Below, one piece after another: positions 30,400 through 42,300 of a stretch of DNA of 64,000 nt. The stretch comes from Syncephalis fuscata S228. Taxonomy: Eukaryota > Fungi > Zoopagomycota. Below the pieces are notes generated by a model. It made no database searches, had not been told where the DNA came from, and saw only the letters and a list, made by a program, of their open reading frames with translations. Location: assembly GCA_025786725.1 (NCBI GenBank), contig JAHLTZ010000009.1, positions 434,001 through 498,000 of the forward strand, in the 5' to 3' direction. Numbering within the stretch: position 1 is the first letter of the stretch; each line of letters starts with the position of its first letter. Both the position numbers and the translations under genes were made by a program.

Positions 30400-32373
30400 A
30401 TAATAGTGCCGTTAAACATGCGTTCAACTAGATGATGCTGTATCAGCTTTGCAGACATTTCGGTAACTGTATGTGTAGAAGCTGTCTCAACAACTTGTAC
30501 ACCAAAGACAGGTCCAGTAAACCAATGGCGAGCTCGAATGACCCACCATCCACCAACACGATCAGTACAGCGGCTACGGCAGCTGATGCGTAATTCATAT
30601 TCTCAGCGGTTACAGGACTGGCCGATGGAAGAATAAATAGCACGGTGATAAATGCAGTCCATGCACATGCAACAATGCCGATTGGACGACTTGCACGACC
30701 CAAATGGAATGGACCTGGCTCAAAGGCGGATGGCCGCCAAACTCGGCAAAGAATTGGCAAACCATAGGAAATGTAAAGTCCGATGGTTGTCAATGAAGTA
30801 TGGCCGTAAAGGCGGTTGAATTACCAAGGTACTATAGATGACATTATAAGCAATGATTAAACAACTAACAATAACAAATTTACCAGTAGGCCAAGGAGTG
30901 CCGCAATGATACAGACACCATACAGCATTAACGGGCGAGTGCCATTGTGGATGGATCTGATGCCAGAACCTGGATCCAGGCAATGCTTTGTCACGTGAAA
31001 ATGCGTACATAGTACGTGAATTGCTGGTAAGTGAAGCATTGCCTGAAAAGAACATAGCGCCCATGACAATTACCAATAAAAGCACGGCACCTGTACGACC
31101 CATAGTGTCCTAAAATGAGTATTTCATAGATGGATAGTTAGTCCTACATGGCAACTAAATTGAATCGTTGTATTACCAGAAATAGATGAGCAATTGGCAT
31201 ACCCGTCTTGCTATTAATGATACTATCATAGTCCTGAATTGAGAATGTAAGTCCGATAAGATAGAAAAGACCAGCAACAAACGATACGACAATAGCCATA
31301 ATAATACCGATAGGACCGGCAATATCCGCCCGTTTCGTTTCTTCCGACTAGAGCAAGCAGAATGAGTCAATTAAATAGTGTTATTTATTACACGTACCAT
31401 ATTGGCTGAGGCATCATAGCCAGTCATCGTAAATTGGGCCATTAAAAGACTGATTAACGCAGCATAGCCGGAATTATCCCAACCAGTATGGTTTTCAAAA
31501 TGACCAAATACCCAACTGGCTGGCTGATATTGTTTTGCGCCCACAAGTACACAAACAACAATAATAATTACTCCAATAATATGCCACCAAACTATAAATA
31601 GATAGCAAGTGGGTTAGTATAAGCAAGCATCGTTATATCTACATACCAGAAATGATGTTAAGTAGAGCAATGCCACGAACGGCAAATGTATTGAATACAC
31701 CGTGAATAAATAGAATACCAATGTACATAGCCACAACTACGCCAGGTTCAGCGATATAAGCAAAATCAGTAGCAATTGAAATAGTTGCCGATAAAGTAAG
31801 TGCAAGGCCAAAATCAATACCAGCCGTACAAGCAATCTAATTAAAACATATAATAATAGCATTGTTGTTATTGTTATTAATAAAAGTACTAGTGTTACTA
31901 ATATTAATATTTACCTGACCAAGTAGATTAAACCAGCCAGTCATCCAACTAACAAATGGACCCCAACGTGGGCCGGCCAGACGAGCCGACCAAAAGTAAA
32001 GACCACCGCTTGTTGGATAGGCAGAGCAAATCTCGGCCATTGAAAGAGCAACTGTGGAGGTCATCAGTACAACGATACACCAGCCCCAAATGACCATAGC
32101 CGGACCACCAGCTGCTAGACCAAATCCATAAAGAGATGATAAGCCCGTTAATATAGAAACAATGGAAAATGAGACCGAAAAGTTGTTAAATGATGTAAGT
32201 TCACGTTTTAATTCCTTATTATTATTATTATTATTATTATTATTCGTTAGACTTTGTACTATTTATACGAGCAAATAAAATGCACTTACCTGTCGATAGC
32301 CAAGCTCACGTAGACGGCGTTCGCTCTCATCGATAATACTCTCAGCCTTCTCGACATCTTTAACCGCCGTCAT
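30400..32373 (-). CDS. APC-family amino acid/GABA/polyamine permease, multi-exon, 3' end approximate
   Basis: LRELGYRQELKREL, NFSVSFSI, GGPAMVIWGW, SMAEICSAYPTSGGLYFW, MTGYDASA, SNSRTMYAFSRD, PGPFHLG, NMNYAS. Confidence 0.9.
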
Positions 32374-33306
32374 AGTAGTGTTATTACAAAATAGTAATTT
32401 TAGTAATACGATAAAATAGCACTTTTTATAGATATGCCTAAGGTTACAAGGTCAAACTGTAACACGTATTTGTCTATCCAGACGAATACACAAAACCCAA
32501 GGGGATAAAAATGAAAAACAAGGCTAACAATAATGCAACAATGCTACTAGCAATAGATACAGCAGCGATTAGTATCAATCCAATGTAGCTTATTGACGTG
32601 TAGAATTGCCTACAATATGTTATAATGAAATCGTGTTAAAATAATGATTGTAGAAAGAAAAATCGACCAATGGTCTACTCGTTATGAATGGATTTAGTAA
32701 TTCAAAAGTTGAATAAATAGAATGAATAGTCCGCCAGTGCTTAATAATAATGCATACTCAGACGGTTTATTCAGCACTAGAGACAACTTGAGTTACAAAG
32801 ATGGCGTGGCAACAATGGTACGTCGTACGGCTAGCCTATACTAATCAATTTCTTAAAAAAAGTCAAAAAGCAACAATAGAAAAAGAGTTGATAATTAAAA
32901 GATAGCCGGTGTCAAGTGGATAAGTAGAAAGAAAGAAGTACTAGATGCAAGCATGGTCGTCAAACAATGTTGATTACATGACCGGTTTTGTTGCGACAAG
33001 TATGAGAATAGCGACGATTGGTTGATAAGCTGTACTGCAGCATGTGTATTGTCTTCTTTCCATGATCATTAATCTATATAAAATGTGGTAGCACGGTGCA
33101 CATTACTGCCTTTTTATCCATGCGGGACATAGGCCTATTCTCGTTGGTTAGTTGGTTAGTTAGTTTTATTTAATAGAATTCGGGATACAGCCATATTTGT
33201 GTGGGGAGTGAGTGAGTATTTTATTTTATTTTTATTTTACAGATTCAGAGTTAACATAACGTGTGTGTGTGTCTGTATCTGTACATGTTGATCTTTATAC
33301 ATTGCA

Positions 33307-33993
33307 ATGGTTCGCTTTAAACATCGTTATCTTTTATTTGAAGTGTTATATGGATCGACACAGAATGCTGCAGAGCCATTATCGGCACTGCAACCGACCG
33401 TTGAATCGCTAAGTATGCGTGATTGGTTTAACCTTTTACGACAAGCATTGGAGGAGAATTTCGGCGATTATGGCACTGCTTCTGTGCTTAATGGGCTGCA
33501 AGGTATGTATTCTATAGATTGTATTTAGTTATCTAGTTATGAAGAGTATTTACTAACTAACAAAAATGAACTATTAATAATACTGACTATATTGCAATAG
33601 TTAAATATTTTAATCCGCGTACGGGTCTTGGTATTATACGCGCACCTCGTAATCATTTTCAACTAGCATGGGCTGCTTTAACCTTTATGCAAAAAATACG
33701 TGGTAAACCTTGTTCAATTCGAGTAATCCATGTAGGCGGTAAGTATTTATGTAATAAACTATGCACACTGTATTATCTAATAGGTCAAATGACTAGGCAC
33801 TATTCGATCAGTACAGAAACATGCTATTCAATATGATCGTGATCAATTGTTAAAAGTAGCTGAGCGTGAATCCATCGATCAAGGTAAGATTAATAAAATG
33901 CATTCATAGGCATTATTCTAACATTATCGATTAGACAATCTTATTCAATTGACAACAGCATCAGAGACGGCCATTGCATCTATTGAGTATTAA
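33307..33993 (+). CDS. POP5: RNase P/MRP protein subunit Pop5
   Basis: MVRFKHRYLLFEV, FGDYG, VKYFNPRTGLGIIR, VIHVGGTIR, with three GT-AG introns. Confidence 0.9.
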
Positions 33994-34084
33994 AAAGCAT
34001 CACTATTTATTGTGTATATATCAAGATTGCAATAAACTATTATTTTATTTGAACAAAGAGTTGAATTTTTGTTTACGCGCTTTA

Positions 34085-37000
34085 CTATTTTGCCAATATT
34101 CGAATGGCTTCATTAATACGACCACATATACGTCCGACCGTGCCATCCATTTGTATAACTGCTGGACGGAATTTAACACCATACATAAGACGGATACCAT
34201 GAACGATATAGCCGGCACGTCGATCAGTTAACATGGGTAATTCATCCTCCATACTGGTGGGCATCAATTCAGGATCACGGTAATAACAGCGCTGAACGTA
34301 GTCAAGCAGTGTTGACTGTATTAATTGTGGATCATTTGGAATTGGCAATACTAGATAAATAGAGATTAGTAGTCATGTTATTGTAATTAATAAATTAATT
34401 AATATTTACCGGTGATTTCCATGGCTTTTGATCGGGCTAGTACTGTATACTTGCCATGATGATGGTAACGGAATTCATACGTGCCAGCAAAGAATGGCAT
34501 ATGATCTCGTTCAAATACAAGTTCACCTTCAGTAGTATCATTCTTAGGTACCCATCGCCATAATGCATGCGATGATGCAGTGGTGGCTTGTTTGGACGGA
34601 TTAGCATCAACTGGATAGACACCAATCCAGTCTTTATCGGTACGGGTTGTGGTGCCTTCCATTGAACGGTCATTGGTTCACCCAATAGTACGCTAACACC
34701 TTTATCGGTAGTGATATGTCTATTTGAGCTTGTACCGATTACTTCAATGCCATAAGCCTTTTGATTAGCAATTGTTTTTAATTCTTCTTTAGCACTATAG
34801 ATTGGTGTGGATTAGCAATACAATGATGAAATACTATAGCTATCTTACTTTGTTTCGGCTATTGAAACGCGTGGTGTTGTTATAGCTAGTTGCACATCTT
34901 TAATTGTTGTTTGCCAATATTGTCGGACTAGATATTATAGATTAGTAAATTAAACTATGTACATAATAAATATAACCTACCTTGTTGATATAGCTTTTGG
35001 ACAATATCACTTATTTGTTGTGTTTTAGCCTGGCTATATTCTGATAATGCTTGTTGTTGTGCTTCAATTACATTAATGGCATGGCTGATACTAGGTATTG
35101 TATTGAGATAGTTGCGTAGTACGGTGAATAGACGGCGTACATTTTTGGTTAATCCTGCTTCTTCTCGAATACGGTCCCCATACAATAGCTTCATATGTGG
35201 ACTATTAAAATGTAAAAATGAATTAGTATTTGACATGTTATTTATAAATAGTATACTATAGCACGCTTATTTACCTTTCAACATAGTGTAAGAATAAAAA
35301 GTTGGATACTTGTGAGAAAAGTACTAGTGTGTAGATAGACCAGTGATTTGCCACTAGAGCAAGTCCCCAGAAGGCAGCATGGCCCATAATTTTCTCCGGA
35401 TTATTCAAAAAGCTAAATAACAATATTTAATAACAATCATTTAAAAGTAAATCAACTTACCGATAAATACCCGTGTAATAAAGTGTTGATGGATATTCTT
35501 TAATGAAAAAGTCACCATAAAACCTATTATTATCGTTGTTGTTATTAATATTAAAAGTTAATTATTTGTTTTGTAATACTAATTTATACTTACCAGCCAA
35601 AATCACCCAATACTTCAAATACTGAAACAGCTGTCCAGATGTGTAAGGCAATAAGCACCTAATAGTTATAATAAAGAGTTACTATTGTTAATACTATTAT
35701 TATAGCTTAGTAGTAAATATATCTTACCACACCAAGTACATGTCGTAGTATAACGCTGCCATAAGTCCAGTCATAAGGTAAAGTATACATGACCCATCCA
35801 GCTAATCCCGAAGAGATATACGTCATACATAGAGTAAGATTATAGACACTATCATTGGTAATTAGCATGCAATTCCTTATATTCATGATTGGTTGATTTA
35901 CCGTTTCCAACTAGTGAATGCTTCGCGGGCACTGCCTCCCTCCATGATACGTCGTCGTACCCACCACTTGTCGGTATTTTGTCGCCAAAGTACCCATCCC
36001 AAGCCATAAGTATGAAGAAAGCGCCATACTAAAGCTGAATAACGGTGGCCCAACCTGGCGCAAATGCCGCAAATACAATGGAATAGAAGATAATGGCCAC
36101 GGTTAACAAGTCGGACGAGCGAGTAACATCAAAGTTTCTAAATACAATAAGATCGCGTCGGAAATAAGCACGATGCAAATCATGCACATTTGGCTGTGGT
36201 GGCACATAAAGCATATTATCCCATAGAATGGGTGCTACATCCGATGCGGCACGTTTTCTTGTTTGTAGCGGCTTAGTCGGTTGATTATATATCTTGTCGA
36301 TATCTAAAAAAGAATGCATTGTCTGTCAATCACATGTATTAGATAATGTGAACTACTTACGTGGATTTTCAACGATGGCCAAAAACAAGAATTGAAGTGT
36401 ATGTGCAGCCAGTGACACAAATAATACAGCATAGCTATTTGAGATAAGTGAAATACCGTAATAGCCAGCATAGCCAACTGAATACATCGGATGTGGTGCC
36501 ATTTCAAATACACCATCAAAGGTCAACGATTGGTCGATGATAAAGAAGAAGTCGCCCCAATCTAAAATATGAAGCAATTTAAATTATATCTCACCAATGT
36601 GATATGTATAACTTACACCAAGCAAAATCTTTTACCACACGATGTGCATCTGATTTGACCCAAATATTGAATCCAAGTAGAACAATACCTACAAGCCAGC
36701 GTAACATATCCGCCCAAAAGTAGCCGGTAGATGTTACGCCATCCATACAGGCCAAGGCGAAACAGATATAGGAGACAAAATCGTTACATAGTACGAGATC
36801 GACAAGTTGTCGAAATAGTAGCCACGCATTAAACTCGACAGGCACTGCCTAAATCATTTTAATTATTCATGTTTTGATTATTAATGATTGGATATTTATT
36901 ATTACTAATCAATCTATTTTTGACAGTTTTACTTACTAAGAAATTGTAGTCGGATCCCATTTTACATTCAAGTTCTGCGCGTACCCATGGTGCCCATTTA

Positions 37001-37720
37001 CCAATGGTTTGTCATGGCGCTCCTCACTAGCCAGTAGTCCACTATCGACGAGCCATTCAACAATATAGTTTTGTTCACTCTGGCCTTTAAGTAATACGCC
37101 AAGTCCAATGTTATACGCAGAACGGAATAGTGCAAATAGGAAAAAGAAACAACACGACGTAGTGTACCACCCAGTGAAAAGAATAGTAAAAGCTGAATTC
37201 CAATAGTAGCCAGTGTAAATAGATCAAACTTTGACTTGGCTAGTGTTGGATCCAGAATAGTTTTAAGCATATCATTTGTTTTAGGTACCAAGAAATCTAT
37301 TCATAAAAAGTAGGATTGTATTATAAGTATTATTAATAATTATTACAAATAAAGATTCGTATACATAATAGTGTTGATATGTCAACTTACTTGTGCCATT
37401 ATGAGTTCGACCCTGTTGCATGGGTGTATCATCTTCTGGCTGATTATCCGTATTATCATCCACTTTCTTGTCACTTTTAGAAACAACATAATCATCTTTT
37501 AATGGCTTATCGTCATTTTCATTAGATAATATTCTGTTATCAATATTAGACTCTAATGGTGTATTAGCATTTTTGCCGTAGTGTCATCATCATGGTATTG
37601 TTCGCTTGTTTCTTTAAAAGTAGGCGGTGGTGACGGTGGCAGTGGCACTGCTGATTCATCAACCAAAGACTGCTGCTGATGGTTGTCGTGGTCGGTAAGA
37701 TCGTGATCCAGCGCACTCAT
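34085..37720 (-). CDS. CHO2: Phosphatidylethanolamine N-methyltransferase
   Basis: [66 protein letters not shown]-terminal DWIGVY and [11 protein letters not shown]. Confidence 0.93.
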
Positions 37721-38144
37721 AATAGCCAACAATAAAGCTTAGCAAATAATGTTTGTGTAATGTGCGTATATATCGCCGTTTAAGCTGCCGTAATTGAAAG
37801 TTGCCACGTATCCAACAAAGAAAAAGGGCGAATAAAATTGCAGGGAAGAGACAAGATCAATGGAACAGACAAAGCTTGGGAACTGATGTTTTATTGCTAA
37901 GACAGGCTATCGGCTCCGGGCTTTAGGCAACGGCAACAGTCGCAACAGAGTGACGGGCAGTGGGACGTGCTACTATTGCGTATCTGTGTCGACTGTGTCG
38001 ACTGACGTGAATGGCACGTGTGTCGCTCAAATCGGCACATCCCCAACGAAATTACACCCGAACACTATTATCACATGTAAACGTTTGAATGTTATCATTA
38101 ATTCGGTAAATGGTGTAATATAGATATGTATTTTATTGTTATTA

Positions 38145-38547
38145 TTTTTATTTTTATTTTGAAGAGCTTGTGAGCCCCCGCTGCGCATAATTAAAGAATT
38201 TGCGCTGCTTCCCACTATATTTGGACTTTTCCAAACTTTTAACGGGTGGACTGCCACGTTTTTGCGCAAAATCTGGTCCATATAGATTTTACACGGGGGC
38301 CATCTTCCTTTAAATGGTGCTACACAGCACTATTCTCTTGAAGTTGGTCCCAATTGGGTTTTCCTCGGCTATTCTGGCCAAGGTCTTGTTTCCGGACCTA
38401 CTTATTGGGTTCTGGTTTGCAATTTGTTAACTAGAGAAAACTGGAGGGGGGGGTTTTCCACTTAAGGATTGATTCAAACTGAGGTTTGAACCCGGAGCCT
38501 TCAGCTCGGGAGACGCTGCCTTACCAACTGGGCTAGCAACGTCCCCC
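38145..38547 (-). mobile_element. tRNA-derived SINE-like element (about 403 bp) with 17-bp target-site duplication and A-rich tail
   Basis: Minus strand starts GGGGGACGTTGC-TAGCCCAGTTGG (A box)...GGTTCAAACC (B box) and ends CAAAATAAAAATAAAAA. Flanked by identical GTATTTTATTGTTATTA at 38128-38144 and 38548-38564. Confidence 0.85.
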
Positions 38548-38947
38548 GTATTTTATTGTTATTAATAAGAATTAGTCTAATCATTGTTACTGCTATGTTC
38601 GCCGTTGTTCTTATCGCTGTTGGGGATTTGTTTATAGGAAAGGCGAAGCAGTTACACCAGGTCTTGCCATGTCTAAAACATTCTGATGTGCTGGATCATG
38701 ATTAATAATGACATTGTGGTTGATTTATTTGCACTATTAGATTAAAAAAGCTAGAAATTAGCTATATTTTTATTTATAATAAATTAATTGATAGGTCATT
38801 AGTACACTGTAATATATAAATAAATAAACGATAAGAATAGATACAATAGTTTATTATTCCCGTATAATAGAAAGTAGGGGAAATTTGCTGGTTACACTAG
38901 CTACTAGGTCTTTCTCTATTGTTTCTTTGAATTATTTGTCTATCCAA

Positions 38948-39986
38948 ATGGAACAGTCAGCAGTTGTTCTTGAGAAAAGAATTGAAGAATGCGAGGCTGT
39001 CACCTTTGAATGGCAAGAGCGCCTTTCGGAACCGTGCACAGAAGAGGAATTGGTGGCAGCTGCCAAGTATTTACAGCCGCGGCATTACCAAGAGATTCTT
39101 GAAGAGCGCGATGCCAATAGCTATTGCGGCTACCCGTTATGTGATCAGTCACCTAAAGTAAGTGCCATAATAAAGTATTGCATTGGTCAACTATTGACGG
39201 GTGTGCCTAGGCCGTTGGCAGCAAGTATAAAATCGACTTTGGACGACAAATTGTCTACGACCAAAGCTCACTAAGTGCTTTTTGCAGTAAACGATGCCAG
39301 GCCGCTTCTCGATTCTATGCGCTACAATTAGATACACAGCCTGTGCATTTACGTGACTTTGACCGGTAAGTCATCATTTATTTCAAGTACTAGATGTTTA
39401 ATCGTTGTTTGTCGATAGACTGGCGCCTATTCGATTAGTGCCTATGCAAGGTGATATTCATATCAATGATCTTGTTGCTGCAACCATTGGCAAAGTAACC
39501 GATCCGCCTGTTGTATGCAATTTATCGGCAAATCGCGCTCTAGTATTGGATCCAAATGAAGTAGACACTACTATAAGTACGACGCAGGATGTAAAGACCA
39601 ATATGACTGTCGAGGAACAAAGTCTTAGTGCATCCAAATTAATAGCGGAACGGATCACAGCAGCTTCACAGCAAGGGAAATTGCCGATGCAATTGGTGGT
39701 CCATGAACGATTTGATGAAGGTAACGATGCATCCTCCGCTTTAAAAGTACGGCCTCCATCTCCATCGCGTGCCTATACATGGAATGCAGTAGAAGGTGTT
39801 CGATTACGTATGCTTCATAGCAAACGAACAAGAAAGTTGAATAAAGGTGGTGATAGAGATGACGAAGAAGACGATGATGATGATGATAATGATGATGATG
39901 ATAATAGCGAAGAGGAGCAAAGCGAAGATGAAGACGAGATAGACTTAGATTTGAGTACGCTTCAGATAACGAAGCGTCATCGCTAA
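38948..39986 (+). CDS. RTR1: Rtr1/RPAP2 RNA polymerase II CTD phosphatase
   Basis: LQPRHYQEILEER...CGYPLC...FCSKRC zinc motif, two introns, acidic tail. Confidence 0.85.
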
Positions 39987-40138
39987 ATTAGTACTCAATT
40001 TGTATGCAAATATTGAAAATAAAAAGCATTAGTTGTTTTAATATTGTACTTTTATTAGTGCTAATCCAAAGTGCCTTAACAATTGGCAGCAATAATAAGT
40101 AGTAAGAATATTCCATAGCTATGATGTGAGTACGTCGT

Positions 40139-41487
40139 TTAAGCAATAAATGGAATCAGTGCTTTACGATTGCGTGGATAATCAGGAAATTCACGACGAT
40201 ACGCTTTGTGCTTTTTGATGGCCCACAAGTAAATCTGGCCGAAAGAAACAGCAAAGAAAAACCAAGCTAATGAGATAAAAAAATAAGGTTAATAGTAAAC
40301 AAATATAAGCTTTAAATATCACTTACCAGCCCAGCTAGAAGTGAAAAGAGCATAAGCGGCCCATGCTAGCAATTCAAAAGTGTAGTTTGGACAAGATACA
40401 AGTCCAAATCCAAAGCCGTAGGGAATACGACGTACACGTGTACCAGGTGGACGAAGGTTGCGCAAAGTGATATGGGTGGAAAGATTACCAAGTTCAGCAA
40501 ACTAGCAATAACATCAACGCAAAATATGGACCAGTTAATTAATATCAATGGATTAATAAAATACTTACCACAAATACACCAATCAAGGCCCAGTACCAAG
40601 TGGGCGATAGTTTAGCGCTCTCGGTGCCAGCAGCTAGTCCAGGCCCGTAGATGCTATAGGCAATGAGCAATCCACCTAGAATGTGATAATGGAACGAATT
40701 TTTGAAAATGTTACGGAAAGGCATGGTGCCGTTGGAGAATCGATGAACCAATACCGATTCTAATTCACGTTTGATAAAATGGCCCATAGCCATATAGTAG
40801 GCAGCACTGAACTGACCGTTAGTATGAATAGATACAAGCAACTATCGTCGACTTACATCTGTACATCACTATGCACTACCTCCTGTCTGTAGAATAGTGT
40901 CGGTAGGTAAAAGAATAGCGAGTGCCATACTAAAGGCCCAAAATATTCTACAATAAACACTAGACGCCAGCTGATTTGTGGGCCTGTGAATAATGTTAGT
41001 ATATAAATAAATATTGATTAAAAATACTTGCCAAGATCTTTAAACGTAATTGTGTCTGTATAGTTATAATAAGCAGCAGAATTATAATTAGACAAATTCT
41101 AGTTAGTAATGAATTTGGCCTACCTCCATCTTTAACGTCGTATTTTGACAACGATTGGCCAACTTCAAGCACCTTCGTTTCTGTATCAATATTGAATTAA
41201 ACATCAATTAGCTATTTTAACGTAAACAGCGCTTACCAATGGTCAAACGTTGGCGAGCAGGATAGTATTTGGGCACTGATAATAAATCGAGCAAATAGGT
41301 TAGAACAAAAATACTGTAGCAGTAGTATAACTATTAAGAGCTTACATTGTTTGTGGATAGCTTGACGTAAGTCATCAACCGTGATTGTTTCGGCATTACC
41401 GCCCAGCTCGAGTGTGAGTGGAAAACGCGACGAACGCTTAGCAGGAGCGTCCGCCTGATATCCACGCGGTACAATAGTAAGTTTCAT
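40139..41487 (-). CDS. TSC13: Very-long-chain enoyl-CoA reductase
   Basis: [77 protein letters not shown]. Confidence 0.92.
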
Positions 41488-42105
41488 GCTGCTAAAAATA
41501 TTAATGAACTGCAAAGAACGAGACTCTAAATTATTTACCTACACTTTATAAACGACGCCACAGCCCCAGTGAGTAAGTGAAAACTAGACGTAGAGACGGA
41601 TAAAACGCATGGCGATGACTCGGGATCAAATGGATCCGTTTTTACGTGTCTCGTTGGGGTAGTTTCAGATTTTCATGTACACGTCACCTAAACTCAGTAA
41701 TGGCGCTTGTTGCCATTTTTGTCGATCATTGTAGGACGTGCCATTACGGTCAATAAGAATGAATTCATTGGTTATGGTAATGTACTGGCTATTTATATAT
41801 ATATATATTATGTAAACTAATGTTATTCAAATATATGAAGTAATTTATACTTTTTTTAAGATGGAACTACGAATTTATTACTATAAGGTTGCACAGTTGA
41901 ATAAAAACAACTAATTGTAAACTTGTTGGTAAATGATGATTTATCGATTGAAGAGTAAGTAAACTGGAGCATTGGCCAAAACTTGATATATAGATAGACT
42001 GAACGGCGTAGCTGTCAAATGGTCTTGCTTTTCACCGAATATATATCTAAAGTGTATTGGAATAGTGGTTTAATTACACTACCAATGCTAATGTTTTAAA
42101 ACCAT

Positions 42106-42300
42106 TTATGCAGGGCATTTCTTTTGGTTAGTGCATTGATTGAGACAAACAACAGCATTTTTCTTAGTAGCAGTGCATGCATCAATGCAGTCAGTGCATC
42201 TATCACCACGACGAACTAAAGCTGGATTAGCATCCACCATAGCTGTAGCGGCTATCAAAGCCACAACGACGGTGCAAACGACGGCAATGGAAAGCTTCAT
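42106..42300 (-). CDS. Small secreted Cys-rich prepro-peptide (64 aa), intronless paralogue of the micro-exon gene
   Basis: MKLSIAVVCTVVVALIAATAMVDANPALVRR|GDRCTDCIDACTATKKNAVVCLNQCTNQKKCPA: signal peptide, dibasic RR site, 6 Cys. Confidence 0.85.
   Translation of the reverse strand: MKLSIAVVCTVVVALIAATAMVDANPALVRRGDRCTDCIDACTATKKNAVVCLNQCTNQKKCPA

Noticed and set aside
38470-38547. Functional tRNA gene
   Set aside because: A and B boxes are present but acceptor and anticodon stems pair poorly. The TSD and A-rich tail fit a SINE better.
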